DNA of 64,000 nucleotides from Eledone cirrhosa (taxonomy: Eukaryota), in NCBI GenBank assembly GCA_964016885.1, contig OZ024753.1:14756001-14820000 (forward strand), read 5' to 3'. The notes under the pieces were generated by a model that was not told the DNA's origin, did no database searches, and worked only from the letters and a program-made list of their open reading frames with translations. Positions within the stretch are counted from its first letter, which is position 1, and every line of letters starts with the position of its first letter. The translations under genes were made by a program, and so were the position numbers. Below, in pieces: positions 13,498 through 26,271 of the stretch.

Positions 13498-13552
<55 letters not shown>

Positions 13553-14416
13553 GAAAGGTATAGAAAGTATTGTAGCAAGAAGCCAACAGTATTCCATAAT
13601 ATATAAGTGACTATAGCATCAACATGGGAAAATAGTTATCGTAAGATGTGGGAAAAATAATTCAAACTCAATTCAAAAAGAAACAGGATATAGATTTATC
13701 CAACAGAATTTAGTGAAATCCAGGGAAAAATCAATAGAGCCTTATCTCATGATAAAATAAAGTTTTAAATACTCATCCTTCAATTTGGGACAACTACAAA
13801 TGCTCTGTATAGTCTTGAAAAAGACTATTTCAAGAAAACTTTCAGTGGAGATGGTCACGGTTGGAACACGATCATCAGCAGAGCTCAACACGATAGCCAG
13901 ATTCTCACTGATTAATATGCCAAAAAGGGAATTTAAAAGCAGGCTAGTTTAACATCATGCGTGATTATGAAAATAAAACGCACATGTGGAAAAACAGGGC
14001 TGGTGACATCAGAATGAGATGAATGTTTGTTTACATATATATATGTATGTGTATATATATCTATATATGTATGTATATATATATATATCTATATATGTAT
14101 GTGTATCTATATCTATATATGTATGTATATATATATCTATATATGCATGTGTATATATATCTATATATGCATGTGTATATATATCTATATATGCATGTGT
14201 ATCTATATCTATATATGCATGTGTATATATATATATATATATATGTATGTGTATATATATCTATATATATATATGTGTATATATATCTATATATGTATGT
14301 GTATATATATCCATATATGCATGTGTATATATATCTATATATGTATGTGTATATATATCTATATATGCATGAGTATATATATATATATATGCATGTGTAT
14401 ATATATCTATATATGC

Positions 14417-14452
<36 letters not shown>

Positions 14453-14867
14453 ATCTATATCTATATATGTGAAGATAGACATAGAATATTCGAAAATATT
14501 CTGTATGTTTATAATAAACATTTTGAAGACCTAATCGCTATAGAATAGAATACGTCACGTATTACAATTAGATTCTCGATAAAAGCAAGGGAAGTAACCT
14601 ACGCATTTCATTCTCATTAGAAATCTTCAGTATGTGTATATATATATATATCTATATATGTATGTGTATCTATATCTATATATGTATGTGTATATAAATC
14701 TATATATGCATGTGTATATATATCTATATATGTATGTGTATCTATATCTATATATGCATGTGTATATATATATATCTATATATGTATGTGTATCTATATC
14801 TATATATGCATGTGTATATATATATATCTATATATGTATGTGTATCTATATCTATATATGTATGTGT

Positions 14868-16144
14868 ATCATCATCATCATCATCATCAACGTTTAACGT
14901 CCGTGTTCCACGCTTGCATGGGTTTGGACGGGGGTAGTCCCACTTGAGGCAAGAGTGATTGTCTTGCTCGCATAGGACTGTCTGGCAGGTTTTCTACAGT
15001 TGGATGCCCTTCCTAACACCAACCACATTTACAGTGTGGGTCTGGGAGGTTTTTACCGTGTTGCCTACACGGCCACATTACAGCGTGGACTGTGTGTTTT
15101 TTTGTCGTGACACCTACACGATCTCATTTGTTTCGGCCTCGATGGCGCGGCACCAACATAACTTTACATAGAACGGGGTGGTGTGGATCGGGTGGGGGTG
15201 GTGGTGGTGGGACGGGGTGTATTTTGTTAGAGATGCCTACTGGCTGGAGTAGGTTTTACTATATATTTAGGTAAGGCGGGTCTTCTCTGTTACTGAGTAC
15301 CGCCAAAGGTCTCGGTCCAGTGACATTGTCTTGGAGAGGTGTAAGTGTGTGATGTCGGAGTTTATCAGCTCGTCCCAGGTTTTTCTAGGTCTGCCTATTC
15401 CGTGACTACCGTCTATCTTTATTGCCCTGCACTTTGTTATACAGCTATCGACTTTCATGCGCATCACGTGTCCATACCAACGTAGCCTTCTCTCGAGTAA
15501 ACAACATCTGATCCCTCTTATCTCTAATTTTTTCCTTAGTTCGTTTATGCTTTGCCGTTCACGTATATTACTGTTACACATCCAGCGGAGCATGCAAGCT
15601 TCGTTCCTCTCTAGTCTGTGTATATCCTCTGCACACAATGCCCAGGTCTCACTGCCATGCAGCATTGCTGTTCGTATGCAGGCATCATACAACCTGCCTT
15701 TCATTTTTAGTGAGAACCCTTTAGCAGCTAATAGTGGTATAAGCTCTCTGAACTTTTTCCAACCAGTTCTGACTCTAGCTACAGTACTTTCAGAGCACCC
15801 TCCCCCACTGCTGATTTTATCGCCCAGGTAACGGAAGCTGTCCACTATTTCTATAGAACCCTCTGCGCAATTGAAAGAGCTAGTAGTTTGTGGGCACTTG
15901 CTGCTACTTATTGCACCAGAGCACCGGCCACATGTAAAATCTATGTTCTTAGTTAGCTTACCTGTGATCCCACTACATCTTTTATGCACCCATACTTTGC
16001 ATTTAGGACATAAAATGGAGTTTCTACCTACGCCTTTCCTACACACCGAGCACGACCATTTCCCAGAAGGGACCGCCGCCTTGTTTTCTTTCCTACAAAC
16101 TAGTACTTTGGTCTTAGCCAGGTTAATTTTAAGTCCTTTTGACT
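14868..16144 (-). mobile_element. 5'-truncated RTE LINE (family A), almost identical to the 3' 1.27 kb of the element at 26272-30110
   Basis: ORF 15267-16046 matches the C-terminus of the 955-aa ORF except for one residue (H/R). Same 3' UTR and (GAT)n tail. Confidence 0.96.
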
Positions 16145-16304
16145 GTATATATATCTATATATGTATGTGTATATATATATCTATATATGTATGCGTATAT
16201 ATATCTATATATGCATGTGTATATATATCTATATATATATATGTGTATATATATCTATATCTATATATATGTGTGTTTATATCTATATATGAATATATAT
16301 ATAT

Positions 16305-19300
16305 ATCATCATCATCATCATCACCGTTTTACGTCCGTTCTTCCACGCTAGCATGGGTTAGACGGGTTGTCCTGTTGTGGGCAGTGTCTGGTCGGCTGAC
16401 CATGCCTTGCTCATACAGGAACTGATCTGGCTTGATTTCTACAGCTGGATGCCCTTCCTAACACCAACCTCATTTACAGTGAGTGCTGGGTGCTTTTTCG
16501 TGGCGCCTACACGTCCACTTTACAGTGTGGGCTGGGTGCTTTTTTGCCGTGGCACCTCCACGGCCACCTTGCGGTGGAGGGGGGGGGGGCATATTGTTTA
16601 TATGCTTCAGCATGTACCCATGGGAGGTCGGGTACCCTGTATTACTGCGTGACGCCAGAAGTCACGGTCGTGTGTCATTGACTTTGAGAGGTGTAGTTGG
16701 GTAAGGTCGGCTTTTATCACCTCATCCCAAGTCATCTTGGGTCTCCCCACTCCCCGGTTTCCATCAACTTCTAGTGCTCTGCACCTTTTTATGCAGCTGT
16801 CATCCTTCATACGCATCACATGTCCATACCAGCGTAACCGCCTCTCCTGCACGCAGCATTTGATTCCTCTTATGCTCAGTCTCTCTCTCAATTCCTTTAT
16901 GCTTTGTTGTTCACGTATATTACTGTTACACATCCATCGGAGCATGCAGGCTTCGTTTCTCTCTAATCTACGTAAGTCTTCCACCTTCAGCGCCCAGGTC
17001 TCACTACCATGCAACATCGCTGTTCGGATACACGCATCATACAGTCTGCCTTTCATTCTGAGGGAGAAGCCTTTTGCAGCTAGCAGTGGTAGTAGTTCCC
17101 TAAACTTCTTCCATCCCGTTCTTACCCTAGTTATTGTACTTTCTGAGCACCCACCTCCGTTGCTAATTCGGTCACCTAGGTAGCAGAAGCTGTCTACTGT
17201 TTCTACAGGGCCCTCCCAGAGATTGGTGGTACTTGTTTCCTGTGGCTGTTTGCTTGCTGTTTCAGCACAGCTGCTGCATGTGAATCCTACATTCTTAATT
17301 AAGCTTCCTGAGATCCCGCTACATCTCTTGTGTACCCATTGTTTGCATTTGGGGCAGAGAATGGAGTTTCTACCTACACCTTTCCTACATACTGAGCAAG
17401 GCCATTTCCCTGAGGGGATCTGGGTTCTGTTTTCTCGTCTACTTACAAGGACCTTAGTCTTTGTCATGTTGACTTTGAGGCCCTTTCTCTCTAGTCCCTG
17501 CTTCCAGGTTTGGAATTTATTCTCTAGTTCTACCATAGATTCAGCTATGAGTGCGAGGTCATCAGCATACAGGAGTTCCCATGGGCATCCGGTCTTAAAC
17601 TCCTCCGTTATTGCCTGCAGGACTATGATGAACAGGAGAGGGCTAAGAACAGAGCCCTGGTGGACCCCAACCTGTACGCTAAATTCCTCGCTATACTCAT
17701 TGCCAATCCTAACTTTGCTGACTGCTCCCCTATACATGGCTTGTACCGCTTTCACAAGCCATTCATCTACTCTTAGTTTTCTAAGAGCCCACCAGATTAC
17801 TGCACGTGGAACTCTGTCAAAGGCTTTCTCAAGGTCGACAAATGCCAAGTAGAGTGGCTTACTTTTAGCTAGGTACTTTTCCTGTAATTGCCTCACAAGG
17901 AAGAGGGCATCAGTGGTGCCTTTCCCTGGTACAAACCCAAATTGCATCTCGTCTATATTCACCCGGTCCCTAATCAGCTGTGCTATAACTCTTTCTGTTA
18001 CTTTCATGACCTGGTCCATCAACTTTATACCTCTATAGTTTCCTCTATCTAGTGCATCGCCTTTACCTTTGTAGCAGTTGACAATGATGCTACTGCACCA
18101 ATCTTTTGGTATGGCCCCCTCTAGTATTACCTGGTTAACGATACGTGTGGTTATAGTGTGACCTACAGACCCAGATGCCTTCAGCATCTCGGCAGCTATA
18201 CCCGATGGACCGGTTGCCTTCCCTATCTTCATATCTCTGATTGCCTTACTTACTACGCTGCCGCTGACTTGTACTGCTGGTCCCTCTATAGGGTCTACGT
18301 GGGGTAGGGTCTCTTCTTCCCATGCATTCTCCTCATTTAGTAATCTATCATAATGACTCTTCCATGCATCTTTCTTCTCAGCACTTGTGAGGGCAAGCTC
18401 ACCTTTATCATTCCGGATACACTTCTCTCCAATGACATCACAACTATCTCTGACACACTGCCTCGCAATCTTGAATACCTCCTGTTTCTGGTCCTCACGT
18501 TGTAAAACATGCTTGAATTTTCTATCCTCTGCTTCCCTCCTAGCTAAGTATACTTGTCGCCTAGCTTCCCTCTTGGTCTCTATGTAATGTACCCTGCTCC
18601 CCCCGTTCTTCCATTCTTTCCATGCCTGTCTCTTGGCCTTGACTGCTTCATCTACCTTATTGTTCCACCACCAAGTCACTCTCCTCCTGCTTGAGGTCTT
18701 ACTCCAGCCACAAACCTCATCCGTCGCCTCTAGTAAGTTATTTTTTAGGAACTCCCAGTTCTCTTCTACGTTAAATGTCTCTATCTGTTCTTCTTTACTG
18801 TCGTAGGCGTTGAGTAAAATATCTTTAAATCTGTTACTGGTTGAGGGGACTTTCAGCTTCCAGATCTTTCTACTCCAGGTTGGCCTCTGTTTCAGGGCTC
18901 GTCTAGTTCTGACCGTGAGGTCGCTGACAACTAAGCTATGTTGGGATGTACATTCCTCACTAGGGAAGGCTTTTGTGTTTACGACCGTCCATCTGTCACG
19001 TCCTCTGATGAGGATAAAATCTAACTGACTAGAGTGCTCCCCTGATCTATAGGTGATCAGGTGGTTGTCGGGTTTTTTAAAGTTTGTGTTACATATCGAC
19101 ATGTCATTGGCGTCGCAGAATTCTAGAAGTCTGAATCCTTCCTCATTCCTTGTGCCAACTCCATGGCCTCCATGTACTCTATTGAAGCTGTCGCAGTGTT
19201 TACCTACGTGTCCGTTAAAATCTCCTGCAATGATTAGGAAGTCCTTGTCGTCTGTTAGAGCAGTAGTGTGTATTAGGGACTCGTAAAACCTATCCTTAAG

Positions 19301-19329
19301 TTCGTCTGGCAGCCCCCGATTGGGGTGCG
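16305..19329 (-). mobile_element. 5'-truncated RTE LINE (family B) with an uninterrupted ORF (part of APE, RT, PHD-like finger)
   Basis: Frame is open from 19329 (APQSGLPDELKDRFYE…AGDFNGHVG) to the stop at 16607. Motifs NYRGIKL, QFGF, FVDLEKAFDRV, VGVHQGSVLSP and LLYADDL. Ends in a (GAT)n tail. Confidence 0.97.
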
Positions 19330-19420
19330 CATATATATATATATGCGTATATCTATCTATCTATATATATATATATATATGTATGCGTATATCTATCTAT
19401 CTATATCTATATATATATAT

Positions 19421-19662
19421 ATTAGTCTTAGTCCCCCCAGTCCCTTGTGGAACATTGGGCGACGAGCTTCCTCCACTTGATCCTGTCACTGGCGGCCCTT
19501 CCAGCACCTCTCCAGGTAATTCCCATCTCCCGCAGGTCCTCCCTGAATGTGCTCCGCCATGTTTTTCGTGGTCTTCCCCGTTCTGTCCTGCCACCTTCCG
19601 GTACCCAATCCATGGCAATATGAGCAGGTCGATCTGCCGACAAACGAAGGATGTGGCCAGAT
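19421..19662 (-). mobile_element. Short 3' fragment of another RTE-clade LINE
   Basis: Encodes DRPAHIAMDWVPEGGRTERGRPRKTWRSTF…DRIKWRKLVAQC and ends in a (gactaa)2 tail. Confidence 0.75.
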
Positions 19663-20216
19663 ATATCATCATCATCATCGTTTAACGTCCATCTTCCATG
19701 CTAGCATGGGTTTAGACGGGAATTGTCCCACTTGAGTGAAGATTGGTTGTCTTGCTCGTATAGGACTGTCTGGCGGGTTTTCTACGGCTGGATGCCCTTC
19801 CTAACACCAGCCACGTTTACAGTGTGGACTGGGAGGTATTTACCATGTTACCCTACACGGCCACATTACAGCGTGGACTGTGTGTTTTTTTTTTGTCGTG
19901 ACACCTACACAACCTCATTTATTATATATATATATATAAATATGTGCATATATACCTATCTATCTACATATATATGTGTATATATATCTATATATATAGA
20001 TATCATCATCGTTTAACGTCTATCTTCAACGCTAGCATGGGTTTAGACGGGAATTGCCCCACTTGAGACAAGATTGGTCGGGAGACCGTGTCTTGCTCGT
20101 ATAGGACTATCCGGCAGGTTTTCTACGGCTAGATGCCCTTCCTAACACTAACCAGATAGAACTTGAACCGTTAAGGTCTGATTCCTGGGTATGTCAATAT
20201 TTATAAAACAAACTTT

Positions 20217-20278
20217 GTATTTTATCTGATGAGAGCGTACCAAAGTTTTGGTACCCTTGAAATATATATAATAGAATA
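20217..20278 (+). ncRNA. Minimal type I hammerhead ribozyme (family H1) in a ~160-bp element at 20160-20318
   Basis: gtattttat-CTGATGA-gagcgtaccaa(agtt)ttggtaccctt-GAAA-tatata-TA-atagaata. Confidence 0.82.
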
Positions 20279-20314
20279 AATATGGTTTTATAAATATAGT
20301 TTCCATTTATTAAT

Positions 20315-20373
<59 letters not shown>

Positions 20374-20467
20374 CTATATATATATATATACATACATATA
20401 TATACATATACATATGTATATATACGTGTATATATATATAGAAATATATATATTTACATATATACAT

Positions 20468-20515
<48 letters not shown>

Positions 20516-21951
20516 GTATGTATACGTATTACATGTATATATATAGAAATATATATATATTTACATATATTCATACACAGCATATGATGTGTATATACAT
20601 ACATACATGATGGCTGCCCCCTCGTTATCAAGTATGGCCATTGCACGATATACCATTATTAATAATTATTAATTAATTGTTTCTACTTTTGGCACAAGGC
20701 CAGCAATTTCCCAGTGTATTACTGGTACTTTATTTTATCGACCCCGTAAGGATGAAAGGCAAAGTTAACCTCGGCGGGATTTGAACTCAGAATGGCAAGG
20801 GCCGTAACTCTATGCGTCAAAGCATGGCGTCCGATCCTCTACCGATACTGCCAATTCACCATGCTATCGTGCAATGCCTGTGTGTGAAGATATTTTAAAG
20901 TAAGGAAAGACTGTGCACTGAGCCAATCCCACTCTTTGAGTGACAAAACATCTTCCTCTCTTGTCTTGCTATTGGCTGTTGTTTTTCTACGTCATCATAA
21001 ATTCTGTCCAATGTTTGCTGCCATACTGTCCATCAGCCACTCTCCGTCCGACACATTTCAATGAATTCATGCTGAGTTTGGTATTTCACAAGTCACTCAC
21101 ACACACATATATACACACACATACACACACACACACACACATATAGACATACACACACACACGCATATATATATATATATACATACATATCCATACACAC
21201 ACATGTACATATACACACCCATATACATATACACACACACTCACATACACACGCCCACAACCATATAACTAACAATATATGCGTCCACAGACGTCTGCCT
21301 ACATCCCCTTGTAGATCAGCTCTCACACGCATTCACACGTGCACACACACGCACACGCATACATCTACTCATATACACAAACACGTACAGACATATACAT
21401 GGGAACGCACACACAAATACACACGCCTGTCCGTACAAAGAGGCACAAAGACAGACACGCTTCCAAACACACATATACACATATATCTATATATATATAT
21501 ACATATGTGTATATGTACACACACATAAACGTACTCACCAGTAATCCCTTAGCCTGTTTTAGGTGCATGTACACTCACACACACACACGCACACACACAC
21601 ACACACGCACACACTAGCTCATATACATTCAAACAAATACGCGCCCAAATACCTCCGTGCCCACATACATCTAAAAAGATACATACACACACACACATAT
21701 CTCTGTCAGTACTCAAATGTGATATATTCACGGTCATATAAATCTGCACAAAAGGTCATACAGGGTCATCCATTAAAGGATGCACCCTGTTATACATGCA
21801 CAAGTATAAACAATGTAACCAAATACATACACATACATGCAAGCATACATACACACATATAAATAAATAAATAAATAAATAAATAAGTAAATAGAAATAT
21901 AAAAAAATAAATAAATGTATAATAATAATAATGGAAGACATATGATAATAA

Positions 21952-22000
<49 letters not shown>

Positions 22001-22321
22001 ATATTATATATATATATATATTATATATATATATAATATCATCATCATCATCATCATCATTTCATTTTATGTCCACTTCTCCCTGCTTGCAAGGGTGGGA
22101 GGGGAACTGATTCTGGCTTGATTTCTACAGCTGGATGCCCTTCCTAACACCAACCTCATTTACAGTGAGTGCTGGGTGATTTTTTGCCGTGGCACCTCCA
22201 CGACCACTTTGCAGTGGAATGATAGGGACCCCAGTCCTATCATCTCATTTCTACAGCTGAGTAAACTGGAGCAATGTGAAATAAAGTGTCTTGCTCAAGG
22301 AATATATATATATACATATAC

Positions 22322-22352
<31 letters not shown>

Positions 22353-22481
22353 TACATATATATACACACACATACACACCCACATATATATATGTACATA
22401 CACACACATACATACATACACATCAATAAAAAAACTACAATATACTAAAATATACATCTAACATCATACATCAAAATATGT

Positions 22482-22561
<80 letters not shown>

Positions 22562-22758
22562 CATACACATATATATATACATAGAAATAGGTTGAGATGC
22601 AATTTGGGCAATATTGGGTTGCGCTTTCTAGCAACCAGCCCACTTGCCGTAAGCAACTAATCACATTCTTTCTAACTTGAACACTGTCATGATTCTTAGC
22701 CATTTTTGAATCTATTTCTGGCGGGGATCGCTTTGGAAATTTACCTGTCCTACGAGTT

Positions 22759-22839
22759 TGTCTCCTGATGAGTTCGATACTCGAGATTTATCCTTAATCG
22801 GATATCTCAAAACGCGAACGAAACCCCAGGGTCGGGACA
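22759..22839 (+). ncRNA. Type I hammerhead ribozyme (family H3) with extended stem II and GUC cleavage triplet
   Basis: tgtctc-CTGATGA-gttcg…gagat…atctc…cgaac-GAAA-ccc(ca)ggg-TC-gggaca. All conserved core bases and all three helices are present. Confidence 0.88.
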
Positions 22840-23667
22840 TAATCATGGTAAGAGTGTACACATTTCTTCTAACTTTAAATTTACACCTAATTGTGTATGG
22901 TTGACGGTATATTTAGTTGATTTCTACATGCTGTTGAAATGTTGGGTAAATATTCTATTGCGGTCGGCCGCGAAGAGGCTGCTGTCGTTTATCTATCAAA
23001 TATTTCTTCATAGGAGCCTTTATTCTTATAGCCTGGTCTAATTGATTTTTTATGTGGTTAATTATGCTAATTGGGAGAGGAAATGGTGTATATATTTTAT
23101 CAAATGATTCTATGGACATACTTTTCATATATAGAAATATATATATATATCACCGTCTAACCCATGCTAGCGTGGAAGAACGGACGTAAAACGGTGATGA
23201 TGATGATGATGATTTACATATATACATACACTTCATATGATGTATATATACATATTACTTGTATATTATATATATATATATATAATTGTTTCTACTTTTG
23301 GCACAAGGCCAGCAATTACCCAGTACATTACTGGTACTTTATTTTATCGACCCCGTAAGGATGAAAGGCAAAGTTAACCTTAGAGGGATTTGAGGTTAAC
23401 TTTGCCTTTCATCCTTATGGGGATATACATGTATTTATACATTATATATATTATTTTCTTAAGTCGTATATTTTTTATTTTTATGTAGCGGCCTATTGCA
23501 TTATATGGTTGTTCATTGTTTTTTATTTTTTCTTATAATTAATTGTGTCTGTGCGTATGTAGGTGTGTGTACATATATCTATAAATGTATGTGCGTATGT
23601 ATGCGTGTATATATGTGTATGTATGTGTGTGTATGTACATGTGTATATATGTATGATAATGTGTGTG

Positions 23668-23710
<43 letters not shown>

Positions 23711-23728
23711 TTGTGTATGTGTATGTAT

Positions 23729-23762
<34 letters not shown>

Positions 23763-24063
23763 TTTGTACACACCGCACCAACCACATGAACGAGGAATTC
23801 CCGGTAGGCGCGGGTCATCAGTCCGCGTAGATCACGTCTCTGCCCTCTGTACACACCGCGTTCCCCACCACCACCACCCCACTCTCAAGAGCGTGAAATT
23901 AATAAACCTTTGTTCGTACTGCCTCTCTGTTTTGTTCCCGTTCAATTTTTCACTATATATATATATATATATACTACCAATATATACACTACCAAATCAA
24001 CCTCCCAAATGCAAGGTGATTGAAAGGTATGTCGTATCTATTTATTTATAAGACTGTTTATAT

Positions 24064-24131
24064 TGTATTTTGTCTGAAGATGGCATAACATATTGTTAAT
24101 ATGATATCCCTGAAATATATATAACAAAATA
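24064..24131 (+). ncRNA. Minimal type I hammerhead ribozyme (family H1)
   Basis: tattttgt-CTGAAGA-tggcataacatatt…aatatgatatccct-GAAA-tatata-TA-acaaaata, followed by the family tail to ~24260. Confidence 0.78.
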
Positions 24132-24929
24132 AATATGGTTTTATAAATATAGTTTCCATTTATTTAATATCATATATATACTCCAAATACTTGTTGAGTG
24201 CTTTTATATCAGTTATAAATATTTACTCGTTGTTAACCCAACAATTTAAATATAACTTTCCATATATATATATGTATGTATGTGTGTATATATATATATA
24301 TGTATGTGTGTATGTGTGTGTGTGTTTATCTACTTTTATATTTATTCTTTTTCCTTTCCTTCTTCCTTTTCCAGCCTCACTTTCATATAGATTATATTTT
24401 TGTTTTTAAAATCCACTGTCAATAAATACACCAGCATTTTTTGATTCTGATGACTGAAAGCAAATTTTGTTTGCTTTCAAGAAACCACTGGTAAATGAAA
24501 TAATTATCTTATGTTGTTTATTACATAACTAATTATATATATATATAATGTATAAATACATGCATATGTGTCTATATATATATATTAATATATTATGCAT
24601 ATATATGTGTGTGTGAGTGTGTGTGTGTGCGTGTTCTTTTTGTTCTAATCATAGCTGTAAGGTTATACTAGAAACTCAGGGTTCAGGCGTTTCATGGTTA
24701 ATCATATTATTCTTATGACTGGCGTTACATGACTGATAATACAAGACTTCGCCCTTGGCAGGATGCCAGCCCCTAGTAAACTTTACCCACAGCTGCTATT
24801 GTTTCACATTTGTTTCTTAAGACTGCTTGGACTGGAACAATATAAAATATAAGTCATCTTTCTGAAATATAAGAAATATTTCCTTGACGACTTTACCCAC
24901 AGGTACTATTGCTTCCCAGATTTTTTTAA

Positions 24930-25358
24930 CCCTGTAGCATTCACAATACTCTATATATACTATTATATGTTCATGGTAAACACTTTACCTCACATAATAT
25001 CTCACATAATATCGAATCTATGAGATTTTGAAAGTATTTATGTTGAGAACAATACCTTAACATCAGTTTGAGTGACCAGTTACAGCCAGTTTCAACAGAA
25101 AGAGGTAGAGAATTCTGGCTAGTTTTGGCCGGTTTGAACATTAACCCTTTAGCATTCACATTACTCTATATATACTATTATATTTTCATGGTAAAGGCTT
25201 TACCTCACATAATATCTCACATAATACCGAATCTATGAGATTTTGAAAGTATTTATTTTGAGAACAATACCTTAACATCAGTTTGAGTGACCAGTTACAG
25301 CCAGTTTCAACAGAAAGAGGTAGAGAATTCTGGCTAGTTTTGGCCGGTTTGAACCGGG
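24930..25358. mobile_element. Tandem dimer of a ~215-bp piggyBac-type (TTAA) MITE
   Basis: Reads ttaa|ccctgtagcattc…, a second unit at 25145, and …gggttaa at the end. A monomer lies at 46054-46272 and a partial copy at ~58320-58432. Confidence 0.75.
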
Positions 25359-25983
25359 TTAAAGACTGCTTGGTCTGGAGCAACATAAAATAATGTGTCT
25401 TGTTCAAGGACACAATGCAACACCATGTCTGCTAATAGAACCTACATCCCTATTATCCTGACCTGAACAGTCTACACACAAGACTCCATGGATTCCAAGT
25501 AGCAAATGACAGAAGAAAAAAATGATGTCGCGGATTTACTAAATGTATATTTGAATACCATTATTTTTCCAATATAACTCATCTTTCTGAAATATAAGAA
25601 ATATGTCACTGCTTTGTCAAAACATTTTTGTAAAAGAGAAGGACAAAATAACTTCTACATAAATGTTACATTATCGGAGCTGGCAAAGCTTTTAGCGTCA
25701 GTGCCAAGAGACATGAACTTGGCTTGGCAGAGAAATAACCTCTTTTGATGTAAAATTACATATTACTGAACAAAGAACAACAATTATGGACACATAAAAT
25801 GTAGACATGAAAATAACATATGTTGTGTGAACCATTTCAAAGAGTTGCAGATGGATGACGGTTGGTCAGGCAATAATTCTAAGAAGCAATCAAAATGAAT
25901 TCGGTAAAAACGACATGGTGAAAAAAGGCTTCCATACAGCTTGTCTCCCCCTAAGTAGAAACAATTATTATATATAAATATAA

Positions 25984-26175
25984 AGGGCGGTGGATTGGCA
26001 GTATCGGTAGAGGGTCGGACGCCATGCTTTCCAGCGTAGTTACGTCCCTTTACGATCTGAGTTCAAATCCTGCCGAGGTTAACTTTGCCTTTCATCCTTA
26101 CGGGGTCGATAAAATAAAGTACCAGTAATGCACTGGGTAATTGCTGGCCTTGTGCCTAACGTAGAAACAATTATT
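25984..26175 (+). mobile_element. tRNA-derived SINE, family S2, with Nin/Deu-like central domain
   Basis: A-box-like tggcagtatcgg, B box gagttcaaatcc, central ctttgcctttcatccttacggggtcgataaaataaagtaccag, tail gtagaaacaattatt. Copies at ~3625-3720, 9045-9190, 20672-20860(-), 23284-23420(-), 34795-35060, 48308-48450, 52980-53180, 57800-57960, 59425-59805(- twice) and 62400-62570(-). Confidence 0.85.
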
Positions 26176-26206
26176 TATATATATACATTTGAATACCATG
26201 TATGTT

Positions 26207-26239
<33 letters not shown>

Positions 26240-26271
26240 ATGTATATATATATATATATATACATGTATGT

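Noticed and set aside
13550-14030. Unique-looking block possibly encoding a Penelope protein fragment (also 6430-6840 and 8250-8545)
   Set aside because: No recognisable RT or GIY-YIG motif in any frame by eye. Needs BLASTX/HMM search.
23770-23955. Minus-strand CTGATGA with hairpin, or a solo-LTR-like block with AATAAA
   Set aside because: The hairpin is followed by GAAT rather than GAAA with no stem III. No TG…CA termini or TSD could be established.
24441-24485. CTGATGA-ct-GAAA-gcaaa…tttgc-TT hammerhead-like string
   Set aside because: No stem II and no convincing stem I. Probably chance.
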